NCBI GenBank assembly: GCA_963726055.1 | Contig: CAVSAP010000001.1 | Coordinates: 35,167-99,166, forward strand | Length of the DNA stretch: 64,000 bases | Source of the DNA: an uncultured Chloroflexia bacterium | GTDB lineage: Bacteria; Chloroflexota; Limnocylindria; Limnocylindrales; CSP1-4 | Direction: 5' to 3' | Shown here: positions 1 to 9,070 of the stretch, piece by piece | Layout: the number at the start of each line of letters is the position of its first letter | How positions within the stretch are numbered: position 1 is the first letter of the stretch | Notes under the pieces: model-generated | Databases searched by the model: none | Told to the model about the DNA's origin: nothing | The model's input: only the letters and a program-made list of their open reading frames with translations | Made by a program: the position numbers and the translations under genes

Positions 1-912
1 CCGGTCCGGGGCGACCGGCAAGATGAGCAGCGCGGGCAGGAACCCGAGTAGCGGCCCGATCTCCGGAACGAGTTGTGTGACTCCGGCGATTACGGCAAGG
101 GGCAGGGGCTGTGAGTAGGCGGGGCCCCCGACCGCCTCGACGAGTCGCAGCCCGACCCATGTAAACGCTCCAACGGCGAGGCCGACCACCAGGTACCCAC
201 GGATATAGGCGCTGCCGGTTCGGTCGAGGATCCTGACGATCGCCCACGCGTCGGCGCGAAGCCACGGCGCCAGCCGCCGGTCGAACGCCCGGAACCCATT
301 GCGCTGGCCGGCGAGCACCGTCAGGATCCATGTCGGCAGCACGACCAGCCCGAGTACAGCCCCGAGGGCCCCGGCAAGTCCTCGGGCCACGGCGATGGCC
401 GCGTCGCCCAGACCACCCGATGCGCCCTGCAGCGTCTCGCGCGCGGCGGCAGTGAGGCTGACGAGGACTGGCGCGAGCACTGAGCCACCCTCGGGTTGCG
501 AGCCGAGCCAGGCTTCGATATCGGCGATCCGCTGGTCGATCACCTCCGCGGAGGGCAGTTCCCCCGCGAGCCGGACGACGCTGAGCGCGAGCGGCGGGAG
601 GACGATCGCGACGATCCCGAACACCACCGCGAGTACCGCCAGCACGGACGCAAGCGCGGCGAGCCAGCGCGGCATGAACCGGTCCAGCCAGTTCACGATC
701 GGCAGCACGCCGTAGGCGATCGTGCCGCCGACCAGGAACGGGACAACGGCGGGCCACGTCCCGACGACGGCTCCAGCAAGGACCCCAAGCACACCAACCG
801 TGAGCAGCGCCCGACCGAGCGCGGATGGCGTCACCGTTGCCAACCGGCGGCCGAGATCGCGCCATGCGGCTCGCGAGCGCTGGATTGCGGCCGCTTGCTC
901 CTGCTCAGTCAT
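1..912 (-). CDS. AI-2E family transporter (runs off window start)
   Basis: Manually translated, absent from the ORF track: MTEQEQAAAIQRSRAAWRDLGRRL...PFLVGGTIAYGVLPIVNWLDRFMPRWLAA...AGVTQLVPEIGPLLGFLP. Multi-TM protein with the AI-2E/PerM-type 'P.IGP' segment. Confidence 0.8.
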   Translation of the reverse strand, partial: MTEQEQAAAIQRSRAAWRDLGRRLATVTPSALGRALLTVGVLGVLAGAVVGTWPAVVPFLVGGTIAYGVLPIVNWLDRFMPRWLAALASVLAVLAVVFGIVAIVLPPLALSVVRLAGELPSAEVIDQRIADIEAWLGSQPEGGSVLAPVLVSLTAAARETLQGASGGLGDAAIAVARGLAGALGAVLGLVVLPTWILTVLAGQRNGFRAFDRRLAPWLRADAWAIVRILDRTGSAYIRGYLVVGLAVGAFTWVGLRLVEAVGGPAYSQPLPLAVIAGVTQLVPEIGPLLGFLPALLILPVAPDR

Positions 913-948
913 TGTCGGTTTCGACCATCTCCTGGCCCGGCCGATCGG

Positions 949-1236
949 TCAGACGGTGCCGCCTGGGAGGCGATCCCGGTTCGTATAGCCACCACCGACG
1001 TAGCTGCCGACGTCGGCGAGGACGCCGATCCCCAGCCAGAGCCAGTCAAGGCCGTCGACGCCAAGGGGCGCCACCAGCACGAACATCAGGGTGGTCCACG
1101 GCGCCAGGATGAACCCGAGAATCGGCCACAGGACCGTGTCGAACGTGGCGTTCCAGCGAACTGGCTCGAGGACCCACCAGATCAGGATCGCGGCGCGCGG
1201 GCCCAGGAGCACGAGAGAGGTAAAGAGGCAACACAT
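949..1236 (-). CDS. small hypothetical membrane protein (95 aa)
   Basis: Several hydrophobic segments; GGAGG-like RBS upstream; co-oriented with neighbours. Confidence 0.7.
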   Translation of the reverse strand: MCCLFTSLVLLGPRAAILIWWVLEPVRWNATFDTVLWPILGFILAPWTTLMFVLVAPLGVDGLDWLWLGIGVLADVGSYVGGGYTNRDRLPGGTV

Positions 1237-1257
1237 ATCGAGAGCCCTCCGTAATCG

Positions 1258-1731
1258 TCAGCCCGCGATGGTCTTCTGCTTGAGCTTCTCGTACTCCTCG
1301 GCCGTGATGGCGCCCGCGTCCTTGAGCTGCTGGAGCTTCGCCAGCTCATCGGCCGTGGTCACCCCGGCGACCGCCTTCTGGCTGGCCTCGACGCGGGCCA
1401 TCGTCTGCACGTCCTGCGCGGTCACCTTGGGCCGCATGACGATGTAGATGAGAGAGCCGAGGAACGGCAGTAGGACGAGAACCAGCAGCCATCCCGCCTT
1501 GGCGATCCCCGACAGGTCGTTGCGTCGGAAGATATCGCTGAACAGCGCGATGAAGATCCAGATGAACATGAACCAGAAGAAGAACGCGACGAACGACCAC
1601 ATGACATCCCAGAATGTCAGGGTCGGCGAGCCAACTTGCGCGCATCCGGCGAGCAGCAGGGTCGAGCCAGCAGCCAACAGCGCCAGCGACCAGTTACGGG
1701 GCGCTCGGGCGGACATGGCGGTACGTTCCAT
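1258..1731 (-). CDS. PLDc_N + SHOCT domain membrane protein
   Basis: 'FSDIFRRNDLSGIAKAGWLLVLVLLPFLGSLIYIVMRP' (PLDc N-terminal) and C-terminal 'ELAKLQQLKDAGAITAEEYEKLKQK' (SHOCT); RBS GAGGAGG; lipobox-like LLAGC. Confidence 0.85.
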   Translation of the reverse strand: MERTAMSARAPRNWSLALLAAGSTLLLAGCAQVGSPTLTFWDVMWSFVAFFFWFMFIWIFIALFSDIFRRNDLSGIAKAGWLLVLVLLPFLGSLIYIVMRPKVTAQDVQTMARVEASQKAVAGVTTADELAKLQQLKDAGAITAEEYEKLKQKTIAG

Positions 1732-1931
1732 CGGGTTCCTCCTCGTGCCCGCGTCAATACGGCGGACCTCCGTGGAGCACGGTCCGTGATGCGCCGCCGC
1801 CGCGCATCACCCCCGGCGGGTGAAGCAGCGCCCTTGCACCCCAAAGTATTCTCGCGACGAGGCGGAAACCCCTGATGACGAGGCAGCGCGCATCAGGTAT
1901 CCAGCCAGGCAGCGTGGCTGGAGGAGGTGAG

Positions 1932-2426
1932 ATGGGGCCCGAGGATCCGGTGGGTCAGGCACCGCGCTCAGGTGGTCACGTCGCCAGGCCGATGGCCCAC
2001 GCGATGGACCGATTCGGTGAGAACCCCACCTCCGCCCGGCGGGCGATGGCCGCCATCTCTGTCGCGATCGTCACGACCGTGGTCATCGGCGGCGTCGTGA
2101 TGTGGATCGTGGACCGCCGCGAGTATCCCGACATAGGAGCCGCACTCTGGTACGTCCTCCAGACCGTCACGACAGTCGGTTACGGGGACAATCCGCCCAA
2201 GGAGCCGCTTGGCCGTGCGGTCGGCGGCGTGATCATGATCCTCGCCGTCGCCTTCCTGGCGATGGTGACCGCCTCGATCACCTCGACGTTCTTTGAGTCG
2301 CGGCAGAAAGAGCGACGTGAGCTGGCGCGTGCGGACGAAGCCGAGCAGAGGGCGCATCTCGAGGCGCAATTCGAGCACCTGCTCGCCAGGCTGGACGCGA
2401 TCGAACGTCGGCTCGCGGAGCGCTGA
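1932..2426 (+). CDS. two-TM potassium channel family protein (Ion_trans_2)
   Basis: Selectivity filter TVTTVGYGD between two TM helices; RBS GGAGGAGGTG before ATG 1932. Confidence 0.9.
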   Translation: MGPEDPVGQAPRSGGHVARPMAHAMDRFGENPTSARRAMAAISVAIVTTVVIGGVVMWIVDRREYPDIGAALWYVLQTVTTVGYGDNPPKEPLGRAVGGVIMILAVAFLAMVTASITSTFFESRQKERRELARADEAEQRAHLEAQFEHLLARLDAIERRLAER

Positions 2427-2577
2427 CGGCAGCACGAATCACCGCTTCTTGTCATCCTTCGCGGGTGATGTTCGAGCACCGGCTCGAGCCGTATCGTTCA
2501 TCTGTCGTCGATCGACCAACCGCGCCAGTCGCGGAGGGGGATCCGGTCGCGGCAGCACCATCAAGGAAGGAGCACCC

Positions 2578-3021
2578 ATGGGTACCGGACCCGTCGAGTA
2601 CGCCATCATCGGTTTCCCCGGCAACAAGTTCACGGGCGAGATCGCACCTGCCCTCGGAGAGCTCGTCGAAGCCGGTACGATCCGGATCCTGGATCTCGCA
2701 TTCGTAACGAAGGACGCCGACGGCAACGAGGCTGCGGTGGAGATCGAGGACACGGACTCTGCGATCCTCCAGGCGTTCGAGGCCATCGGTGCCGAGCGAG
2801 GGGGACTGCTGAGCGCGAACGACCTCGAAAAGGCGGCCGATCTGCTCGCGCCGAACAGCTCTGCGGCCATCATCATCTGGGAGGACCTGTGGGCGGCGAA
2901 GCTCGCCGGTGCGTTGAAGCGAGCCGACGCGGTCGTCCTCGATCGGCAGGTCGTGCCGTACGACCTGGTCCAGGCGGCGGTCGCCTTTGCCGAGGAGAAC
3001 AAGGCCGGCACGCCGGCATAG
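2578..3021 (+). CDS. DUF6325/DUF1269-like protein
   Basis: MGTGPVEYAIIGFPGNKFTGEIAPALGELVEAGTIRILDL...IIWEDLWAAKLAGAL; RBS AAGGAAGGAG. Confidence 0.8.
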   Translation: MGTGPVEYAIIGFPGNKFTGEIAPALGELVEAGTIRILDLAFVTKDADGNEAAVEIEDTDSAILQAFEAIGAERGGLLSANDLEKAADLLAPNSSAAIIIWEDLWAAKLAGALKRADAVVLDRQVVPYDLVQAAVAFAEENKAGTPA

Positions 3022-3062
3022 CGCCACGGCCTCACACACCACGCTAGAAAGGACTGATCACC

Positions 3063-3354
3063 ATGCGACGTCGAGGGCCCGGATTGATGCGGATGGCGGC
3101 AGGGACCGCCGTGATCGCAGGGACAGCGGGTGCCGTCAGGCACCACCAGGAGCAGAAGTACGCGGCAGCAGGACCAGCAGGCGTACGCGGAGCAGGCCGC
3201 TCAACAGCAAGCGTACGCGGAGCCAGCGGCCGCACCGGCCGCACCCGAAGACCCGAAGATGGCGCAGCTCCAGCAGTTGGCCGCGCTTCATTCGTCTGGC
3301 GTGCTGACAGACGAGGAATTCGCTGCCTCCAAGGCCAAGCTTCTCGGCATCTGA
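3063..3354 (+). CDS. SHOCT domain protein (one frameshift near 3165)
   Basis: N-terminus GLMRMAAGTAVIAGTAGAV in one frame; Gln/Ala-rich linker and SHOCT 'MAQLQQLAALHSSGVLTDEEFAASKAKLLG' in another. Join at ...tacgcgGcagcaggac. Confidence 0.75.
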
Positions 3355-3384
3355 CGGCCGGCCGAGGGACAGGAGGAGGAACAA

Positions 3385-4239
3385 ATGGCGGTGTCGACCA
3401 GGGCCCGACGGACCGCCGCGGCCAAGCCCGCGGCTGCCCGACGGACCGCCGCGGCCCGGTCTGCGGCGCCTGCCCCCAGGCCTCTGACCGCCGCCCAGAC
3501 CGGCGAACTGATCGAGCTAGCCAAGGGGGCGGACAGCGTCGAACTGAAGCTGACCGTCCCCGTCACCGAGCATCGCGCGACGATCGCGGGCCTCGGGATC
3601 GATCCGCTCGAGGCACAGATCCGGCAGGTCATTTTCTTCGACACACCGGATCTCGCATTGAACGCCGCCGGCGTGGTGGTGCGAGCTCGTCGGATCCAGG
3701 GCGGGCGAGGCGACTCGGTCATCAAGCTGCGGCCGGTCGTTCCGGCCGAGCTTCCTGACGAACTTCGGCGGTCGCCCAGCATGGGCGTCGAGGTCGACGT
3801 GATTCCCGGCGGCTGGGTCTGCTCGGCCTCGCTCAAGGCCAAGTCGACCTCGGGCGCGATCCGCGACACGGTGAGCGGCGGCAAGCCCCTTCGGCGCCTG
3901 TTCACGAAGGAGCAGAAGGCGTTCTACGCTCTACACGCACCCGCCGGCATCGAGCTCGACGGGCTCACGCCGCTCGGTCCGACCTTCGTGTTGAAGGTTC
4001 GTATCAACCCGGCCGAGCTGGGTCGCCAGCTCGTGGGAGAGCTGTGGCTCTATCCGGACGGCTCCCGGATCCTCGAGCTATCTACCAAGTGCCTGCCGTC
4101 CGAGATGTTCCAGGTGGCTGCCGAGAGTCGCGCGTTTCTCGCCACGCGAGGCGTGTCGATCGCCGGCGGCCAGCAGACCAAGACCAAGACGGCACTCGAG
4201 TACTTCGCGCGCCAGGTACGACAAACGGGTTCGGCGTAG
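3385..4239 (+). CDS. CYTH-like (adenylate cyclase/triphosphatase superfamily) protein
   Basis: ExELK motif (SVELKLTV), 'FFDTPDLAL...VVVRARR...DSVIKLRP', 'ELSTKC'; RBS GGAGGAGG. Confidence 0.75.
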   Translation: MAVSTRARRTAAAKPAAARRTAAARSAAPAPRPLTAAQTGELIELAKGADSVELKLTVPVTEHRATIAGLGIDPLEAQIRQVIFFDTPDLALNAAGVVVRARRIQGGRGDSVIKLRPVVPAELPDELRRSPSMGVEVDVIPGGWVCSASLKAKSTSGAIRDTVSGGKPLRRLFTKEQKAFYALHAPAGIELDGLTPLGPTFVLKVRINPAELGRQLVGELWLYPDGSRILELSTKCLPSEMFQVAAESRAFLATRGVSIAGGQQTKTKTALEYFARQVRQTGSA

Positions 4240-4249
4240 CGCCGCTCGG

Positions 4250-4717
4250 TTACGGCAGCCATTCCCCGTCGATCATGACGTGTCTGCCGTCGATTTCATT
4301 GACCTCACGCCAGGCCTGGATGGTCCGCGGCGTGACTCGGAGGTAGATCCACCGCCCGTTCGCCTCGCGGGCATCGAACCCCGCGTTCGCCGCATGAGCT
4401 GCGGCGAGATCGTCATCGTCGCCAACCGGCACCACGTCGACGGGCCCCTCGACGATGACCACATCGCGCGTGGGACCAAGGGCGACGCGTGCCCACCGGC
4501 GTCTGGCAAGGTTGCGACCCGTCACGCTCGATTCGGAGACGGCGATCGTCAACTGAGCTCCGTCCCAGGCGAAGGACAGCGGGACGATGTGAGCGTCCCC
4601 GTCGGCGCTCGCCGAGGCAACCCAGAGGTCGACCTCCGATTCAAGCCGGGCCAGCACGTCCGCCTTGCGCTGGGCCCGGCTTCGCGCCGGCGCCAAGGTG
4701 AGGTCGTTGTCACTCAT
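4250..4717 (-). CDS. pyridoxamine 5'-phosphate oxidase-like FMN/F420-binding protein
   Basis: 'LWVASASADGDAHIVPLSFAWDG...SVTGRNLARRRWARVALG' split-barrel pattern. Confidence 0.8.
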   Translation of the reverse strand: MSDNDLTLAPARSRAQRKADVLARLESEVDLWVASASADGDAHIVPLSFAWDGAQLTIAVSESSVTGRNLARRRWARVALGPTRDVVIVEGPVDVVPVGDDDDLAAAHAANAGFDAREANGRWIYLRVTPRTIQAWREVNEIDGRHVMIDGEWLP

Positions 4718-5582
4718 CGACGACCGCCACGTCCAGCTGGCCGAGGTGTTCGGCGTCGGCGATCATGTCGATCTCGACGATCTTGCCGTGCCTGATCGTG
4801 AAGTCGAACACAACACGTGGTCGACCGCCCGGAGCCCACACCAGGCCCGCGGCACCTTCCACGAGCGCCGGTTGGGCGGCCCGGGCGCGCCCCGAGAAGG
4901 TCTCGGCCACGGCGGCGGCCCCACGGACCTCCTTCACGGTGCCGGCGAGCACCCCCGCGCCGTCGGCCCGGAGGACGACGTCCGGGTCGAGCAGCGCGAG
5001 CAAGGCGTCGAAGTCGCCGCCGCGTGAGGCAGCAAGGAACGCGTCGACGATCTGTCGCTGGCGGGTGAAGTCAGGGTCGGGTAGCTTCGCACCCTGCACC
5101 TGGCGGCGGGCGCGGCTCGCGAGTTGCCGTGCCGCGGCCGGCGAGCGCCCCACGATTGGGGCGATCTCGTCGAAGGGCACAGCGAACATGTCGTGCAACA
5201 CGAACGCGACCCGTTCCGCGGGATCCAGCGTCTCGAGGACCACGAGCATGGCGAGACCGACTGAGTCGGCGATGAGCGCCTGGTGCTCGGGGTCGGTCCC
5301 GTCCGAGCGGGTCGCGATCGGTTCCGAGGTGACCGTGCCGAACGGCTCCTCGCGACGCGACCGGCGCGAGCGCAGCATGTCGAGGCAGACCCGCCCGACG
5401 ACCGTCGTCAGCCATCCGCCCAGGTTCTCGATGGCGCTGCCGTCGGTGCGGCTGAGTCGAAGCCAGGCATTCTGGACGGCGTCGTCCGCCTCGCTCATCG
5501 AGCCGAGCATGCGGTAGGCCACGGCCCGCAGGTGGGGGCGATGTGCCTCGAAACCCTCAGTCAGCCAGTCGCTGGTCGCCAT
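4710..5582 (-). CDS. ECF sigma factor, ECF41/SigJ type with SnoaL-like C-terminal domain
   Basis: 'HLRAVAYRMLGSMSEADDAVQNAWLRL', 'LDPAERVAFVLHDMFAVPFDEIA...AARQLASRARR', 'GDFDALLALLDPDVVLRADG'. Confidence 0.9.
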   Translation of the reverse strand: MATSDWLTEGFEAHRPHLRAVAYRMLGSMSEADDAVQNAWLRLSRTDGSAIENLGGWLTTVVGRVCLDMLRSRRSRREEPFGTVTSEPIATRSDGTDPEHQALIADSVGLAMLVVLETLDPAERVAFVLHDMFAVPFDEIAPIVGRSPAAARQLASRARRQVQGAKLPDPDFTRQRQIVDAFLAASRGGDFDALLALLDPDVVLRADGAGVLAGTVKEVRGAAAVAETFSGRARAAQPALVEGAAGLVWAPGGRPRVVFDFTIRHGKIVEIDMIADAEHLGQLDVAVVDE

Positions 5583-5738
5583 CGTCACATCCTCCTGTCG
5601 CGTTCCGACATAGGAGTGTCGAGTGAAACCGGGCCGATGTGACAGACCACGTGCCCAGCAATCGACGCGAGCGACCAGACTGGCGCGAGGATCCGCAATG
5701 CCACCAGCGCGTCTGCTTGGTCGATGGCGGCCCGCGCT

Positions 5739-7220
5739 TCAGAACGGGAAGGGGTGGCTCCCGCTCTGAACAGTGACCCACTTGAGCTCTGTGAACTCCT
5801 CAAGCGCATGGACGCCCCCGAACCTGCCCCAGCCGCTGTCCTTGACGCCGCCGAACGGCATCTGTGGCTCGTCGCCGACGGTCTGGTCATTCACGTGGAC
5901 GATCCCGGCTTCGATCCGATTGGCCAGGGCGAGACCCTTGTCTGCGTCGGTGGTGATAATGCCGGCCGACAGGCCGTAGGAGGTTGCGTTGGCTCGCACG
6001 ACCGCCTCGTCCGCGTCGCCGACCACTTCGATCACGGCGACCGGTCCGAAGGTCTCGCGGCGGGCGAGCTCGCAGTCGTCCGGGACGTCGGCGACGAGGG
6101 TCGCCGCGTAGCACGGACCCTCGGACCTGCCGCCGGCGAGGAGCCGTGCGCCCCGGGCGACGGCATCGTCCACGCGGCGGGCCACGATGTCGAGCGCCTC
6201 CTGGTTGATGAGGGGCCCGATGACCACGTCCTGTTGCGCAGGGTCGCCCATCTTGAGACCCGCGACCTTCGCGGTCAGCTGCCTGGTGAACGCCTCCGCG
6301 ACCGGCGCCTCGACGATGACCCGGCGGGTCGACATGCAGATCTGGCCCTGGTGGAAGTAAGCCCCGAAGGCCGTCGCGTTGACGGCGTACTCGAGGTCGG
6401 CGTCGCGCAAGACGATGAGCGGGTTGTAGCCACCCAGCTCGAGGACCACACGCTTGAGGTTCCGGCCTGCTGCCTCCGCGATTCGACGGCCCGTTTCGCT
6501 CGAGCCGGTGAAGTTGATCCGCCGGACCTTCGGGTTCTCGGCAAATTCGTCGCCAATCCGGGAGCCGTCGCCCGGGGCGTGGGTCACGACGTTGAGCACG
6601 CCCGGCGGCAGCCCCGCCTCGGTGAAGATCTCGGCCCACAGGAGGCCGCCCACGAACGGCGACTCCTGGGACGGCTTGAGGACGACCGTGTTGCCGGCGA
6701 CCAGTGGCGCGGCGATGGAGCGGGCCGACAGGATCAGGGCCGCGTTCCACGGCGCGATGGCACCGACGACACCGACCGGCTGGCGGATACCCATTGCAAA
6801 CGTGCCGGGGTTGTCCGAAGGAACGACCTGACCAAGGGGCGCGTAGGCCAGACCCGCGGCCTGCCGGAACAGACCCGGCACAAAGCCCATCTGGAACATC
6901 CCGAGGCCGAAACCGCTACCGGTCTCTCGGGCCAGGAGCCCGACGACCTCGTCGCCTCGTCGCTCCAGGATATCGGCCGCCTTGAGGAACACCTGCTGGC
7001 GAGCTACAGGCGGGGATTTAGACCAGGCGGGAAAGGCCTCGGCGGCCGCATCGATGGCGCGCCGTGCATCCTCTCGTGAGCCCGCCGCGACCGTGGCCAG
7101 CACCTCGCCGGTATACGGGCTGCGATCCTCGAATGTGTCGCCACTCGCGGCGTCAACCCAGTCGCCGGCGATGAACTGGCGGTACTGCTGCTGGGCCGTC
7201 TCGATCGTGCCAGTGCTCAC
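5739..7220 (-). CDS. NAD(P)-dependent aromatic aldehyde dehydrogenase (vanillin/hydroxybenzaldehyde dehydrogenase-like)
   Basis: 'IAPWNAALILSARSIAAPLVAGNTVVLKPS', FTGS, LELGG, catalytic Cys in 'HQGQICMS', ETFGP, PFGGVKDSGWGR; GTG start with RBS GGAGTGGAG; pca context. Confidence 0.85.
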   Translation of the reverse strand: MSTGTIETAQQQYRQFIAGDWVDAASGDTFEDRSPYTGEVLATVAAGSREDARRAIDAAAEAFPAWSKSPPVARQQVFLKAADILERRGDEVVGLLARETGSGFGLGMFQMGFVPGLFRQAAGLAYAPLGQVVPSDNPGTFAMGIRQPVGVVGAIAPWNAALILSARSIAAPLVAGNTVVLKPSQESPFVGGLLWAEIFTEAGLPPGVLNVVTHAPGDGSRIGDEFAENPKVRRINFTGSSETGRRIAEAAGRNLKRVVLELGGYNPLIVLRDADLEYAVNATAFGAYFHQGQICMSTRRVIVEAPVAEAFTRQLTAKVAGLKMGDPAQQDVVIGPLINQEALDIVARRVDDAVARGARLLAGGRSEGPCYAATLVADVPDDCELARRETFGPVAVIEVVGDADEAVVRANATSYGLSAGIITTDADKGLALANRIEAGIVHVNDQTVGDEPQMPFGGVKDSGWGRFGGVHALEEFTELKWVTVQSGSHPFPF

Positions 7221-7319
7221 GGCTCCACTCCTTCGAACAGCCGCGAACCTCGCCGATCGGCGAGGCCGACAGCGCTTCGGGTCAACGTATGCACAGCCCG
7301 CAGGAGGCGCAAGAACTGT

Positions 7320-7361
7320 GTCCGCCCAGTGGACGTCAACGACACCGGCCACACAGTGGAC
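7320..7361. promoter_or_regulatory. two 15-bp palindromic operators (GTCCGC-cca-GTGGAC, GGCCAC-aca-GTGGAC), probable IclR sites
   Basis: At 7320-7334 and 7347-7361 in the divergent ALDH/ABC intergenic region; the same motif recurs at 14944-14958 and 15814-15828. Confidence 0.65.
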
Positions 7362-7422
7362 GCCGCCCGGGAATCACGAATCGACTCGTGGAACAATGCG
7401 GGCGTGTCTGCGCTGATGACCG

Positions 7423-8214
7423 GTGCCTGAGCTGAGCGGCGCTGGGCGGACCCGCCTCGTCCGAGGCCTGATCGGGCTGGCGGTGGTCGGGCTCGTCCTC
7501 GAAGCCATCACCCGGGCGGAGCTTGTCAACCCGACCTACCTGCCGCCGGCGTCGACCGTCCTGGTCACGTCCGGGCGGATCCTCCTCGATGCTGAGTTCC
7601 TGGCCGCCGTGGTGGCCACGTTGCAGGCGTGGGCGATCGGCATGCTCATCGCGATCGCTGTTGCGGTTCCGCTCGGGCTCGTTCTCGGCTCGTCGCGCAG
7701 GGCCTGGCTCGCCGGCACCGCGGCGATCGAGTTCCTCCGTCCGATCCCGTCGGTTGCGCTCATCCCGCTCGCGATCATCCTGTGGGGGACGGGGCCCGAC
7801 ATGACAGTCCGGCTGATCGTGTACGCGGCCGCCTGGCCGATCATGCTGAACACGATCTACGGCATCCGCGAGGTCGATCCGATCGCCAAGGACACGGCTC
7901 GCGCGTTCGGCTACAGCCGGCTCAAGGTGCTCTGGAGCGTCTCGTTGCGAAGCGCCTCGCCCTTCATCTACACCGGCTTCCGGATCGCCGCGGCGATCGC
8001 CCTCATCGTCGCGATCAGCACGGAGCTGATCGCCGGCGGGTCCGACGGCATCGGGACGTGGATGCTTGTCCGGTCGCAGTCCGGGACGGATCGGGAATTC
8101 GTCTACGCCGGCACGGTCATCGCCGGGCTGCTCGGGCTCGCGATCAATGCGCTCATGGTCCTGGGGGAACGGCGTTTCTTCTTCTGGCACCAGCGCCTGA
8201 GGATCGTCCGATGA
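7423..8214 (+). CDS. ABC transporter permease (NitT/TauT/SsuC family)
   Basis: 'IEFLRPIPSVALIPLAIILWG', EAA loop 'DTARAFGYSRLKVLWSVSLRSASPFIYTGFR'. Confidence 0.9.
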   Translation: MPELSGAGRTRLVRGLIGLAVVGLVLEAITRAELVNPTYLPPASTVLVTSGRILLDAEFLAAVVATLQAWAIGMLIAIAVAVPLGLVLGSSRRAWLAGTAAIEFLRPIPSVALIPLAIILWGTGPDMTVRLIVYAAAWPIMLNTIYGIREVDPIAKDTARAFGYSRLKVLWSVSLRSASPFIYTGFRIAAAIALIVAISTELIAGGSDGIGTWMLVRSQSGTDREFVYAGTVIAGLLGLAINALMVLGERRFFFWHQRLRIVR

Positions 8215-9053
8215 CCGGGCGAGCAGCGCGGCTGGTCGAACCGTCCTCGGCCCGACGGACGCGAGCCTCGGACGTGACCGGCCTGCTCGGCGCGATCGGG
8301 CTTCGGCTGAGCGTCCTGGTCGGACTCATCGTCGTCTGGCAGGTCCTGACCTCCTTTACCGATTCACCGTTCTTCCCGACCTTCGCCGAGGCCGTCAGTC
8401 GTCTCTGGACCAACTGGCTGACCAACCCCGCCGTCATCGGCGGGCATCTCGTTCCCAGCCTCCTGCGCCTCCTGACCGGCTGGCTGGCCGCGGTCGCCCT
8501 CGGGATCACGGTAGGAACCCTCATGGGCCTGTCCACCCGGCTGCACGACTATCTCGACCCCATCGCCCAGTTCCTGCGGGCCATCCCACCGCCGGCCCTG
8601 TTGCCACTGTTCATCGTGCTGCTCGGCATTGGCGACCTGATGAAGGTGACGATGATCCTGTTCGGCGTGATCTGGCCGATCATCCTCAACACGATCGATG
8701 GCGTCCGCTCGGTCGACTCGCTCCATCTCGACACAGCCCGGGTGTACGGCGTCAGCCGGGCGGATGTCCTGTTCCGCGTGATCCTGCCTTCAGCCGGACC
8801 GAAGATCTTCGCCGGGCTGCGGGTCAGCCTGTCGATCGCCGTCATCCTCATGGTGATCTCCGAGATGGTCGCGACCATCAACGGGATCGGGTTCACGCTC
8901 GTCCAGGCGCAGCGCAACTTCCGGACGCTCGACGTTTGGGCCGGCATCCTGATGCTCGGGCTGATCGGCTACGGCCTCAACCTGGTGCTGACGCTCGTCG
9001 AGCGGCGGGCACTGCGCTGGCAGCGCGGCGCCTACCGCCTGAGCGATCAGTGA
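8211..9053 (+). CDS. ABC transporter permease (NitT/TauT/SsuC family)
   Basis: 'QFLRAIPPPALLPLFIVLLGIG', 'DTARVYGVSRADVLFRVILPSAGPKIFAGLR'; ATGA overlap with the previous gene. Confidence 0.9.
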   Translation: MTGRAARLVEPSSARRTRASDVTGLLGAIGLRLSVLVGLIVVWQVLTSFTDSPFFPTFAEAVSRLWTNWLTNPAVIGGHLVPSLLRLLTGWLAAVALGITVGTLMGLSTRLHDYLDPIAQFLRAIPPPALLPLFIVLLGIGDLMKVTMILFGVIWPIILNTIDGVRSVDSLHLDTARVYGVSRADVLFRVILPSAGPKIFAGLRVSLSIAVILMVISEMVATINGIGFTLVQAQRNFRTLDVWAGILMLGLIGYGLNLVLTLVERRALRWQRGAYRLSDQ

Positions 9054-9070
9054 GGACCGGCGAGCGGACG

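Noticed and set aside
1856-1885. Hammerhead ribozyme (GAAAC and CTGATGA cores adjacent)
   Set aside because: Only 3 nt separate the cores, leaving no room for stems I and III or the cleavage site.
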